DNA of 64,000 nt, taken from Mobula hypostoma. Its lineage: Eukaryota. The notes beneath the pieces were generated by a model. It worked only from the letters and a program-made list of their open reading frames with translations, was not told the origin of the DNA and did no database searches. The stretch covers positions 37,946,001 to 38,010,000 of the forward strand of contig NC_086097.1 in the NCBI RefSeq assembly GCF_963921235.1, given 5' to 3'. A program made the position numbers and the translations under genes. Below, one piece after another: positions 12,856 to 25,654 of this stretch (positions are counted from its first letter, which is position 1; each line of letters begins with the position of its first letter).

Positions 12856-15800
12856 GTAAAGTGGGGGTGGGGGTGCGGAAGATGGCAAGGCGAATATTCT
12901 GCAGATAGTATTTAAAAATCGCATTAACAGTGTGCGCTAGCTAAGTGCATTTCACTCAATATTTTTTTAAAACGAGGCCATTCGCCTTTTAAGTGCGAGG
13001 TCTTAACTAAATAAACTTAAATCTAATTTAATTTCATAATATTAACTTATGAAACATTTGGGTGCTCTAAATGCAATATTTAAGTTTTTTACAGCCGCAG
13101 TTTTTGTTCCCTTCTGTGCAAAAGTTGGCATGTTTTCTCAGGATTCTTTGTTAAGAATGTTGGCATTTATTTCTTCAGTCAGATTTTCAGAACAGATTGG
13201 AGTAGGTTTTAAAAGTCGTTCCAAACAGGATTTGAGGGCAGCATCTGACGACTCTTTAGAATATTATTGGGAGCGCATGAGTTAGTGAAATATTGCAACT
13301 TTTGATTTTTGTATGAATAAAAGATGAAAATTCAGCCATTTGTGTAAAGTGCTTTTAGAAGTACTGTATATTGATACGTTCTACGCAAGATTTTAGCTCT
13401 AACAGTGCACAGTGTAACACAGAATACAGATAAAGTTGACATAGCAGATTGATTAGTGTGAGAGTGCTTTGTGTTATTATGCTAGTTTGAATAATATGGA
13501 TGAATATTTGGAGTGTCAGATGAAACCCACAGATGTGATTGTGAATGCAAACTTGCAAAGATTCATTGTTCACAAAATACTGTTTCCATTTTTTTGATTG
13601 TTGTGGCTCAGTTGGAAAACAAACTGAGATTGGCTCGAAATGCTTAAACTTCAACATTTTGAGATATGCATTTTATAATTTGCTAATCTGCAGACTATGT
13701 AGTCTTTGAAGGAGAGCACCCTGTGTGGATTTGAAGAAAACTGCATTCCAGATTTATTTTCCAATTTCCAGATGGATAGTTCCCTGTTACTGATGTACCT
13801 TGACTGAGGTTGTGCACAAAAAGATGCTATTAAAGCTCAATGTTTCGGGTAAGATTTTAAGAAGTTGAGGGTACAAACAAGTCATTACCCAGCTGGGGTA
13901 AGTTATAACTGAATGTCCCAGACATTGGTGCTTCGATCCTATTATTTCAATATAGGGAGGACTTGGATTGAGGACCTTATCGTGGATTAGCAGATGGTGC
14001 AGACTAAAAGGAACGGTTGAATTAGGGGAGGTAGTTCAGGAAAGCATCGACCACAAAAGAGTGGAACAATGGCAGATGAAATCTAATGCATTTAAGCATA
14101 AGGGAGAGCATGGAAAATGAAAGTGCTCTATGTAATGTCGAATTAATTGAGAGACCTGGCAGCTTTGTTCACTGTTCATGATTGGAGAAGTAAATTAAAT
14201 TCTGAACTTTTCCACTGAATAGAATTTTAAATCGAAAGATGTTGTAGTACAACTGTACTTAGTTCAAAAAAAAAGATTTAAAGTGGTAATTGTTCTGTGG
14301 AAGAGAAAAATCAAGAAAACTAATTCCTTATTTAGTCCACAGTGGAAGTTTTAGACACATTGCAATTTTACTGTAAAAGCAGAACTAAGGCATGACAGAT
14401 AATAAGGCAGGGAAATCTATTAAATGAATAAATGGAAAATGAAAGTCTTGGGTCATTTTTTTCATAAGATAATCACATTAATTATATTTCTGGAAATGAA
14501 ATTGGAGGCAAATATCTTCAAGTTGTTTGAATAAATTTTGAATACCATCATAGGAGACGGCTTAGTTTATTTTAGATGGATGCTGCAACATGGGGAAATT
14601 GATCTTCCTCATCTATATCTTCCATGATTTCTTTCCACATGGAAAAAAAATAGAAATAAACTTGCATCTCTATAGTACTATTTTAAAGGGTTTTTGTCCT
14701 TTAAACAAAGCAAAAAAAAGTTACTGGATGATTTGGTGATTGCTTTTAATGAGGTAATTCAAATGCTGTAAATATTATTTATCTTTTTGCTTCTACATCC
14801 AGCCTCTCAGGCAGGAAACAAAGCATCCTTCCCTGATTGGAGGAGCATTATATGTTTCTATGGTAGAGGTTCTGGAATTTTGTTAATGTATGCTTAAACT
14901 CTGTGAGGACTTAAACAATGTAGGTGCAAATATTCTTTTAAAATAAGCCTTTCAAATCATTTCAAGAATGTACTGATTTTGCTCTTTACTTGTTTTGAGG
15001 ATACTTGTATATACATAATATATTTGGGCAAATGGCTTTAGATACTTTAATGTTCTTGTCTTCTTGTGTTGCTATACTGCATAATACTCAGTGTTAAGTT
15101 TTTCATGAGTGGCTGGACAATAATTAAAGGTACATTGTTTTAACATTGGTTTCCCAGATTAATCTGTCTAATTAATCATGAAGTTTTGTGGTACAACATA
15201 TATGTATAGTGTTTGGCTGGGTGTTGTATTATTCATAGCATTTTTCCTTCTGAGTCAATGTAGTCGCTGTTGCTCTGCTTGTCTTTGTTCCAAAGCTGCA
15301 GAGCTGAAGACAAATTGAAGGGTTGCATTAGATTTTATTATAGATAGAATCTCTAGTTATGAACATTTCCATGTAACTTCAATTAAATGTATATTCTTCG
15401 TGGTAAGCAAGTTCAAGATTACGCTAAACTTGGCTTTGGTAAGTAGGATTTGCTATGAGAGACACTGAGAATGGAATGAATTTAAACTCGACAAGCATAC
15501 ATAAAATTGCAGTAATATATATTTTGGTTGTGAATTAACAGGCTGCTATTTTTAACTAGTTTTGCTGTTTTGTATATTTTTCTCGGTGATGACAATATTC
15601 CAGTCAGCAAATCAAAATCTGGATTCCCTAGCAGTTAGGTAAAGGAAAGTAAAGTATTTAAGTTTCTAACTTTCATAGGTGACCTGAACAATAAGAGTGA
15701 AAATAGAATTATCAAATTTGTTCACGTGAGTGCAAGCGTGCAGATTGGAATTATGGGCATTAGTTTGTAATAGACAATGGAGGATGGGAGATTAAATATA

Positions 15801-16166
15801 ATAATGCTAGTATTCTTAACTTTGTGATGTGGACTTTACTGGCAAGGCCAGTGTTTACCAACTGTCCCTGATTGGCTTTGGACTGGGGAAGCAGTGCGGG
15901 TCTAGAAATAGAGGAGTGTCAGTGAGACATACAGATTTTCATGACAAACCTGTGGTTTCATGGTTAGTATTACTAACATTGGCTCTTGAATTTGATTTCC
16001 TCCCCCCCCCAACTATGTGCATTTAAATTTCCCATTGCAGGATTTGAACTGGAGTCTGTAGCTCAATTGTCTGTGCCTCTAAATGCGGTTCCAATAATTT
16101 GACTATTATGAATAGAAGCTAAGGGTGATTATGTATTTCAGTAGATTGACTTTATGGGTAGTGTTA

Positions 16167-16601
16167 AGGCTGATTTATACTTGTGTGTACGGGCTACGCC
16201 ATTGTGAGCATTTATACTTGTGCGTTGATGTGTCTGCGTCGCTCTGCAATTCACCGCCAAAACGCTAGTTGGCGGTGGGGTTTCTATGCCACTGTGTTGA
16301 GTTTCTTCCTGTACTTCAAACAATGGCGATTGAAACTGAGCGCATCATGTTGGAGTTGGAGCTAATAAATGTTGAACAAGAGTTTCTTCTCTCTCAATTC
16401 TGAAATGGCAGAGAAGAAGCAGCAACCGGCAATGCGTAGGAGGAAATGCGGTGCCACCGAGCAGACCAATCAGTTGTTGCGGTCTGTGTCGCCGCAACGC
16501 ATTGTTACATTTTGGGAGAGGTGCGCGTTAGGCTACAGTGTAGGGTACGCGGCTGTGCTGTAGCTACGGCGTACATTTGATGCAGAAGTATGAATTGGGC
16601 T
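16167..16601. mobile_element. Non-autonomous PIF/Harbinger-like element (MITE)
   Basis: Imperfect TIRs AGGCTGATTTATACTTGTG / CAGAAGTATGAATTGGGCT; flanks TTA / TCA; CpG-rich interior. Confidence 0.65.
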
Positions 16602-17300
16602 TCAGAGGGAGCTGACCATCATTACAACCACGGGTTAATGGACTCAATAGATAATTCACACCTTACCATAAAGTGAGACAGTGACCTGAGGGGCAGGAAT
16701 AATAGTTCCAACTTGCTGAGTGTTTAGTTGTTGATTTTATTTTTCAGGCTGGTCACTAGATAACTACTTATGTGACTTAGATGCATGGAAGGAGATGTAA
16801 AGCAGGTTAAGGTGGAATCAGACACTGTGTAATATATCATGAAAGATCTGGGGGGAAATCCTTAGGTGAATTCAAGAGGAAAGGGGTGCGTGTCATTGCT
16901 TTTCCAAAGCACTGTAAACTTTTTATACTGCATAGATAGAATAGGAACTGAGAAGGTAAAGATAGATAAAGGCAGTTGTAAAATATGGAATCCAAGATAG
17001 TGATCGATAAACAACATTGCGCAACATTACACAGCAGGAGATGCAATGGTATTTAATGCAACATAGTTAACATGACATGATAGCATCATAAATATCAATA
17101 TCCATTAACTTGAGTAATTTTGGCACAAGAGATGAGAAGTTTGTCTTCCCCAATCAAAGTGAGTTGTTGAAGCTTATTGAAGGAAAAGAGCTAGTGATGT
17201 GCATCAAGGAAAATACTACTTTAAATTATCATTATTTTGTTTCCTAAAATTTGAAATTGGGGTCTCTTCCAGTGTAAAGATGTGAGTCATAGGAAAGCTA

Positions 17301-18420
17301 AACAACAGAAAATCTACAGATACTGGAAATCCAAGCAACACACACAAATGCTGGAGGAACTCAGCAGGCCAGGCAGCATCTGTGGAAGAAAGCACAGTCA
17401 ATGTTTTGGGCTGAGACGTTCAATGGGGGAAAAAAGATGAGGGGTAGAGCTAAAAGGTGGGAGGGGAGGAAGAAACACAAAGTAAAGGTGAAACCGGGAG
17501 GGGGAGGGGTGAAGTAAAGAGCTGGGAAGTCGATTGATGAAAGAGATACAGGCCTGGAGAAGGGGGAGTCTGAAGGGAAAGGGCAGAAGGCCATGGAAGA
17601 AAGAAAAGAGGGGGAGGAGCCCCAGAGGGAGACGATGGATAGGCAAGGAGATGAGGTGAGAGAGGGAAAGGGATGGGGAGTGATGAAGGGCCGGGGGGTG
17701 CCATTGCTGGAAGTTTGAGAGATCAGTGTTTATGCCATCTGGTTGGAAGCTAGCCAGATGGAATGTAAGGTGTTTTTCCTCCATCTTGAGTGTGGCCTCA
17801 CTGCAACAGTGGAGGAGGCCATGGACAGACATATCGGAATGGGAAGTAGAATTAAAATGTGTGGCCATAGGGAGATCCTGCTTCTTCTGGCGGGCAGAGG
17901 GCAGGTGTTTGGTGAAGTGGTCTCCCAGTCTGCGTCAGGTCTCGCCAATATACAGGAGGCCACACTGGGAGCGCCAGCCACAGTATATGACCCTAACAGA
18001 CTCACAGGTGAAGTGTCGCCTCACCTAGAAGGACTGTTCAGGGGCCCTGAATGGTAGTATGGTAGTGAGGGAGGAAGTGTAGGGGCAGATGTTGCACTCG
18101 TTCCTCTTGCAAGGATAAGTGCCATGAGGAAGATCAGTGGGGAGGGATGAATGGACAAGGGAGTTGCGTAGGGAGCAATCCCTGAGGAAAGCAGAAAGTG
18201 GGGTGAGGGGGGAGGGAAAGATGTGCTTGATGGTGGGATCCCGTTGGAGCTAATAGAAATTCTGGAGAATTGTGTGCTGGTTGGGAGGGTGGTTGGTGAG
18301 GACAAGAGGAACTCTATCCCTGGTATCCTGCTGAAGGGTCTTGGCTTGAAACATTGAGTGTATTCTTTTCCATAGATGCTGCCTGGCTTGCTGATTTCCT
18401 CCAGCAATTTGTGTATGTTG
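17301..18420 (-). mobile_element. Penelope-like element with inverted terminal segment
   Basis: GIY-YIG remnant; terminal repeat at 17301-17420 and inverted copy 18325-18420; TSD cataggaaagcta (17288-17300) / cataggaaagata (18421-18433). Confidence 0.92.
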
Positions 18421-19075
18421 CATAGGAAAGATAGTTTGTTGCAGTTTAGAAATCCTCAAGAGCACTGAAGAATTGCATTTGAAAGGATATTTTTAAAAAA
18501 TCTGTAACATCTATATTTTGCACACTTGTATTACTGGTACAATAGTTGAATGGGGGGGTGGGTCATGATTATTAATGCATTAAAAATAGAACACTTAAAA
18601 TAAAACTGTTTGACTGCCACGAGTCTGCACCCTTCTGTTCCTGTGACTGTCACAAAATAAGCTATTGTAATCACGACCATACAATTGTTCCAGTCTATGA
18701 AACTCTTCACCAATGAGCAGCCACTGGTGTTGAGGTTGTATGTCAGAGTCCTCCTGTGTGGGTGCACCTCCCTAGGAAACTGCAAGTGTTGTCCTGTCCC
18801 ACTACCTTGCGGAGAAAATTTAATGCAGGTTTCAACTGCTCATGAATTTAGCTGGGAAGGTCTTGGAATTGGATAAATATACAAGTTTCTTAGTGTGCTG
18901 CTGTGAGATATAGATCTGTTCAAGTACATGATTATTTTCTTATCAGTTTTAACTGTTGAAAGTAGTATAGGCTCTTGATTTTATAGAACTTCGAGCAACA
19001 TTTTGTATGTGAATATTTCAGGCAAGTGAAAACCTGAGGAATCTAGTTTCTTAGAAGAAACAGGCCCACATCTGA

Positions 19076-20611
19076 AGCAACACATACAAAATGCTGGAGG
19101 AACTCAACAGGTCAGGCAGCGTCTATGGAAATGAATAAACAGTCGATGTTTTGGGCTGAGACCCTTCTTCAGGGCTGGAAAGGAAGGGGAAAGATGCAAG
19201 AATAAAACGGTGGGGGAGAGGAAGGAGGATAGCTAGAAGATGGGTGAAGCCATGTGGCTAGGAAAGGTGAAGGGCTGGAGAGGAATGAATCTGATAGGAG
19301 AGGAGAGTGGACCATAGGAGAAAGGAAAGGGGGGCGGACCCGAGGGGAGGTGATAGGCACATGAGAAGAGTTAAGAGGCCAGAGTGGGGACTAGAAGAAG
19401 AGGGGAGGGAATTTTTTTTCACTGGAAAGAGAAGTTGATATTCATGCCATCACGTTAGAGGCTACCCACAGAGTATAAAATGTTGCTCCTCCACCTTGAG
19501 GGTGGCCTCATCGTGGCACAAGAAGAGGCCATGGGTCAATATGTCGGAACTGGAAAGGGAATTAAATTAAATTGTCTGGCCACCAGGAATTTCACTTTTG
19601 GCAGATGGAGTGGAGGTGCTTGCCGAAGCAGTCCCCCAATTTACGACTGGTCTCACCAATGTAGAGGAGGCTGCATTGTGAGCATCGAACAGAATAGACA
19701 AACCCATTAGATTTGCAGGTGAAGTGTTCCATCACGTGCAAGGACTGTTTGGAGCCCTGAATGAAAGTGAGGGAGGAGGTGAATTGGCAGGTGTAGCACT
19801 TTGGCTGCTTGCAGGGATGAGTGCCGATAGGTGCAAACAAACAAGGGAATCACAGAGGGAGCAGCCTCTGCGGAAATGGGGACGGTGGGGGGGGGGGGAA
19901 GTAAAGATGTGTTTGGTGGTAGGATCCCTTGGGAGATGGTGACAGTTGCAGAGGTTGATGTGTTGAATGTGGAGGCTCCTGGGTGCAAGTGAGAACGAGA
20001 GGAACTTGTCTACGTTAAGGCTGCGGGAAGATGGGGTGAGCGTGGATGTTCAGAAAGTGAAGGAGATTTGGGTGAGGGCAACATCAATGGTGGAGGAAGG
20101 GAGGAAGGGAAACCTCGATCTTTGATGTCCTGGAAAGGAAAGATGCATCCTGTGAACAGATGGGGTGGAGATAAAAGAATTGAGGAAAGGGAATAGCATT
20201 ATTATAGGAGACAGGGAGGGAAGAGGAAAAGTCAAGATAACTGTGGGAATTGGTAGGTGATAAAAGTCGTCGGTTGTCAGTTTGTCTTCAGAGGTGGAGA
20301 CAAAGAGATTGAGAAAAGGGAGGCAGGTGTCAGAGATCAAGCGAATTTAAAGGCAGGGTAGAAGTTAGAAGCAAAGTTGATGAAATTGATGAGTTCAGCA
20401 TGGGTGCATGAAGCAGTGCCAGTGCAGTCCTCAGTGTAGTGGAGGAAGAGTTGAGCATAACCAGGGATGGCTTGGAACATGGATTGTTCTACATAGCCAA
20501 CAAAAAGGTAGACCTAGTTGAGGCCCATGTGGGTCTCATGACTACCCCTTGAGTCTGGAGAAAGTGGGAGGAGCTGAAGGACAAATTGTTGAGAGTGAGG
20601 ACCAATTGGTT
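19076..20611 (-). mobile_element. Penelope-like element, older copy with RT and GIY-YIG remnants
   Basis: VYSVRCSQCSLLYIGET; RT G..HMG remnant; TSD ggcccacatctga (19063-19075) / gacccacatctga (20612-20624). Confidence 0.9.
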
Positions 20612-20711
20612 GACCCACATCTGAAAGTGTGACCAGGTAAGAAATACTTTTGTGATACACAATGACCATTTCTAATGAGTCTAACAACACTTGATATTCA
20701 GTGTCATATTT

Positions 20712-22118
20712 AACCATATAACAATTACAGCATGGAAACGGGCCATCTCGGCCCTTCTAGTCCGTGCCGAACTCCTACTCTCACCTAGTCCCACCGACCT
20801 GCACTCGGTCCATAACCCTCCATTCTCTTCCTGTCCATATATCTATCCAATGTAACTTTAAACGACAACATCGAACCTGCCTCAACCACTTCTGCTGGAA
20901 GCTCATTCCACACAGCCACCACTCTCTGAGTAAAGAAGTTCCCCCTCATGTTACCCCTAAACTTTTGCCCTTTAACTCACAACTCATGTCCTCTTGTTTG
21001 AATCTCCCCCACTCTCAATGGAAAAAGCCTATCCACGTCAACTCTATCAATCCCCCTCATAATCTTAAACACCTCTATCAAGTCCCCTCTCAACTTTTTA
21101 CGCTCCAAAGAATAAAGACCTAACTTGTTCAACCTTTCTCTGTAACTTAGGAGATGAAACCCAGGCAACATTTTAGTAAGCCACCTCTGTACTCCCTCAA
21201 TTTTATTGACATCTTTCCTATAATTCGGTGACCAGAACTGTACACAATACTCCAAATTTGGCCTTACCAATGCCTTATGCAATTTCAACATTACATCCCA
21301 ACTCCTATACTCAATGCTCTGATTAATAAAGGCCAGCATACCAAAAGCTTTCTTCACCACCCTATCCACATGAGATTCCACCTTCAGGGAACTATGCACC
21401 ATTATTCCTAGATCCCTCTGTTCTACTGCATTCTTCAATGCCCTACCATTTACTATGTATGTCCTATTTTGATTAGTCCTACCAAAATGTACATTTTTCA
21501 GCATTAAACTCCATCAGCCATCTTTCAGCCCACTCTTTTAACTGGCCTAAATCTCTCTGCAAGCTTTGAAAGCCTACTTCATTATCCACAACGCCACCTA
21601 TCTTAGTATCATCTGCATACTTACTAATCCAATTTACAACCCATCATCCAGATCATTGATGTATATGACAAACAACATTGGACCCAGTACAGATCCCTGA
21701 GGCACACCGCTACACACCGTCCTCCAATCTGACACACAGTTATCCACCACTACTCTCTGGTGTCTCCCATCCAGCCACTGCTGAATCCATTTTACTACTT
21801 CGATATTAATGCCTAACGATTGAACCTTCCTAACTAACCTTCCATGTGGAACCTTGTCAAAGGCCATACTGAAGTCCATACTGAAGTCCATATAGACAAC
21901 ATCCACCGCCTTACCCTCGTCAACTTTCTTAGCAACCTCATCAAAAACTTCAATAAGATTTGTCAAATGTGACCTTCCATGCAGAAATCCATGTTGACTG
22001 TTCCTAATCAGACTCTGTCTATCCAGATAATTATATATACCATCTCTAAGAATACTTTTCATCAATTTACCCACCACTTGACGTCAAACTCACAGGCCGA
22101 TTATTGCTAGGTTTACTC
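20712..22118 (-). mobile_element. CR1 LINE, 5'-truncated, relatively young
   Basis: ORFs 21634-22077 ([24 protein letters not shown]) and 20977-21504 (LVRPNLEYCVQFWSP, LRGDLIEVFKIM). Confidence 0.95.
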
Positions 22119-22204
22119 ATTTGTCGGTGAATATCCTTCCTTTCTCCCCTGCCCCCCCCCCCACCCACTATTAACAAGCTGGTGATCACTGTTGACTATT
22201 TTTT

Positions 22205-22370
22205 CTCCTGCAGGGCTTGTGGAGGTCAGGCAACATTGTAGCAAGAAAGATTGAAACGAGGATTGGAGCAACAGTGTAGCCTTGTTCAGTGCCAGACCAC
22301 ACTGCGACTGGGTCTGCTGTAGACCCATTGAATAGGGTCCTGGATTGCATGCCATCATGAAGCATCCAAT
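22205..22370 (-). mobile_element. RTE-clade LINE RT fragment
   Basis: LHDGMQSRTLFNGSTADP...SGTEQGYTVAPILVSIF matches RTE LHDGM...SGVKQGCVLAPTLFSIF. Confidence 0.7.
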
Positions 22371-22704
22371 CTAGAACCAATATCACCCTAACTTTAATAA
22401 TTGAGTTGTGGTACATAAAACAACTTGAATTTTCACATAATTAGAGCTGGGCTTAGAGGCATTGTTGACTTGTTCACTAAAACAAAAGAGAGAGATGGTC
22501 TTCTCTTTGAAGAAGCAATGGTCTTTTAGCAAATAGCTCTGTTCTGAAGTACCACACTCATACAATAACCATTTTCAGTGAGATCCTGGTAAACGTGGAT
22601 CACTTCTCTTATCACAGTCATCAATCAGAGAAGGCAGAAATTATGATGAAATTAACCATTGGCCTCAATGCATCAGCACAGACTTTAGCCAACCGAGGTA
22701 AAAC

Positions 22705-23340
22705 ATTCAAGATTGTCTAATGTCATTTCACACAAGTGTAAAGGTGAATTAAATAATTGTTACTCTGGATCCAACACAGCACAAAAAAAAAATGCACAAG
22801 ATAAAGAACACAACAGTAATAAAACACCATAAATATAAATGCATAAGATAGCTTCTACACGTGGGTTTAATTGTATGTCCATAAAGTGACTCTAGGTACA
22901 GAGTTGTCTGCACATAAATGAACTCTGACAGGAAATGATAAATTATTGGTGGTGAGTGATGAGGAGGGGTGGGTTAGTGGGTGGAGGTTCTTGGGGAAAG
23001 TACTTTTTGGTGGTCCTAGTGTGGTTGCAACATAGTCTCCTATGGGAGTGGGACAAGTGACAAACAGTCCATGAGCAGGGTGGGTGGGATCCTTCATGAT
23101 ATTACTGACTCTTTTATGGCACTTTTCTGTATATGTATTGACTACCTGCTGTAGAGCCTTCCTGTCCGCTGCAGTGCAGCTCCTGTACTGTTTGTACTTT
23201 TTGAATGCAGTGATGCATCTGTAGAAGGATGCAAATACAGATGTGCATTGTTCGGCTCTCATCAGCATCCTCAGAAAGCAGAGGTTTGTTGAGGCTTTCC
23301 TTATGGGGTAGGGATTCTTCTGGGACCATGAGAGGAATGG
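22705..23340 (-). mobile_element. Degenerate Rex1/Babar-type LINE 3' fragment
   Basis: CTAADRKALQQVVN, IMKDPTHPAHGLF motifs. Confidence 0.75.
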
Positions 23341-25654
23341 GTACTTGAATATGAAGCACGTCACAAAATTCTTATTCTACTGCACGGTAGTTGAAATCTG
23401 CTCTGTATGTTTTTGACACCCAAGCTCCCTATTATACACAGTTCAATTCACCGCAAAGGTAATGCCAATAACTTGTCTGCAGAATCCTAAGTCTACTGGA
23501 GGAACAAGTAAACCATTATCAGCATTCTCTCCAAGTCTAACATCCACAGCATTGGGGCACTGGTTACAATAGGTTAGCTCTGTTGGGCATGAAAAGTAGT
23601 TCACCTACTCAACACTAATGTTTTAAAATGGTGCCTGTTTTGTCATAGAATGAAATTACCAGGTGGATTAAAAAAAAAGGATTTAGGATTGTGCTTAAAG
23701 CCACTTGGCAAAAATGTAGTAAATAGTTTATTTCTGAGAATCCCTAGCCAATAGTTGTTCAAAATAGAAAAGTGCATGCCAAAGGTTCTTGCATTAATTT
23801 TTACCTTACATCTGCAGCAGAGGCCCAGATGTGGATTTTCTGAGGGACTGAAGATAAGTCAGTTATTTTCATTTTTTTGTAACATGGCTTTTAAGCTTGA
23901 TAATATTTGATTTATTATGGTGTAGATCTTTTACAAAGAGCCATGCAAGCTACCATAACCTGTATTTTGTCATTCATTAGGGACCTGTGGGTGAGCTTTG
24001 GCCTATCATCATCCTACTTTTCAGGGTTTATTTAAAAAAAAGATATACATGTTTGCAGCTTGAATGCTAGCCTAGTTTAGGGACAGGGTAAGCATTTGCA
24101 ACCAGCCCTCTTCTCCCCTTACTCTATCTCCAGATTATCAGTCATCTTTTTTTTGGTAGAATGGCAATAAATTGCTTGTTATAAATCCAGCTAAATGAAT
24201 ACAATCAGGCATGTAATCTGTTTGAGGCGTGAATGCTTCCTCTTGATAGCGATTGTTATGTAGCAATATATTAATTGGCATTGGGATTTGCTAATTAATT
24301 GGTTAGACTGGAAATTACTGGAGGGCAGAAGTGATCTGTACATTTAACTACCAAAAGACTAAGAAGAGTTAGAATAGCAAATTAATGTGTTTTTTTGTTT
24401 TTTTGCAACTATAGTCCTTCCTGCTTGGTCATTAAAATCTACTTGAGAAAAATAGCCAGGAATATGATTTAAAGTTAATGTAAAGTCTTTAATCATAAAA
24501 CTGGAAAATTCCTCAATATAGATTGTTGCAGAGATATAAAAGTGATTTTAGACATCAAGCCAGCTGGAATCCCATTAGAGGTATCCTTGTACATAGGAGC
24601 TACAACAATCAAGATTTACTTGTTCTATTAATAACATATATGGATTTACTTAGGTTGTGCAACTTTAATAAAATGGTGGTGATGAAAAAGGAATTCATAA
24701 ATAACTCTGTTCTGATAAAAGTCATTGAGCTGCTTTGCCTCCTCACTTTAAGCTTTTTTTTAAAACTTTGAAACACTTGAAACTTATTTCTTTAAACTGA
24801 GGTCTCAGTCACCTACTCCAGAATCCCCAATGTGGCACAGCATGAATTTTTGTTTGATGGTTCTCTGAAGCTCCTGGGGGGTATTTTCCTGTAATATCAA
24901 TACTCTGTTAGTTCATTGATTAACTTCCTAAGTAAAGTGAATTGCTCATGTTGTTCTGGACTATGTTATGATGTCATCACAGTAAGTTGACAGTGGCTCA
25001 TAGTAAGTTGACAGTAGTGGGTGAAGAGCCTGATGTACTCTGAATAATGAATGTACATATCACAGAAACAGTCTGGTGGCCAGAGAACTATGCAGACTAT
25101 GGGATGCAAAGAGAGTTCCTTTTTATTTGTTCTGAGAGAAGGTGTACACGTATCATATTAAAAGCTTGCAGCAAAGAATTATCAGGATGATTATTCATAA
25201 CAAGGGGGCTATGAAGATCATATGTGGGAGCAACAGAGAACAAAGTTTCTGCAGATTTTAATTGGCTGTAGGCCAATTCATAATCCTTTTTGACCATTGC
25301 CCCTAGGAAGGCTGCATGACTACTTGACCAGCATGTGTAAGAAAATAGGTGAATCATAAAAGACTGGATTGCACACATTATGGTGAAGAACCTTGGAAGG
25401 TTGAAATACGGTATTTTCTGTGGTATCAGCCTTTGATTACTGCAGATTTTATTTCTGACCGAATATCTGGTAACAATTCTTTTTCTGTTTATTACAGGGA
25501 TGTTTACTGAGCAAGAAGCACAAAACTACGTGCAACTCTAGTTGTTTTAGAAAGCAAAGAAAGAAAGGGGTTTAAAGATTTGGAAGTTTATTAAGCAATT
25601 TGACCATGCATAAGTGCAGGTCTATGTTTCGACTTGAATATAGAGCCAATGAAG

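Noticed and set aside
12856..12908. C-terminal part of the 91-aa ORF 12633-12908 as a single-exon protein
   Set aside because: A good splice donor at 12856 and the drop in GC content suggest read-through into intron
24979..25017. 21-bp tandem duplication (AGTAAGTTGACAGT twice)
   Set aside because: Two units only; ordinary slippage, not an array or CRISPR
25470..25580. Strong-looking acceptor TTTTTCTGTTTATTACAG at 25497
   Set aside because: The phase-1 frame reaches TAG after about 14 codons with no good donor before it
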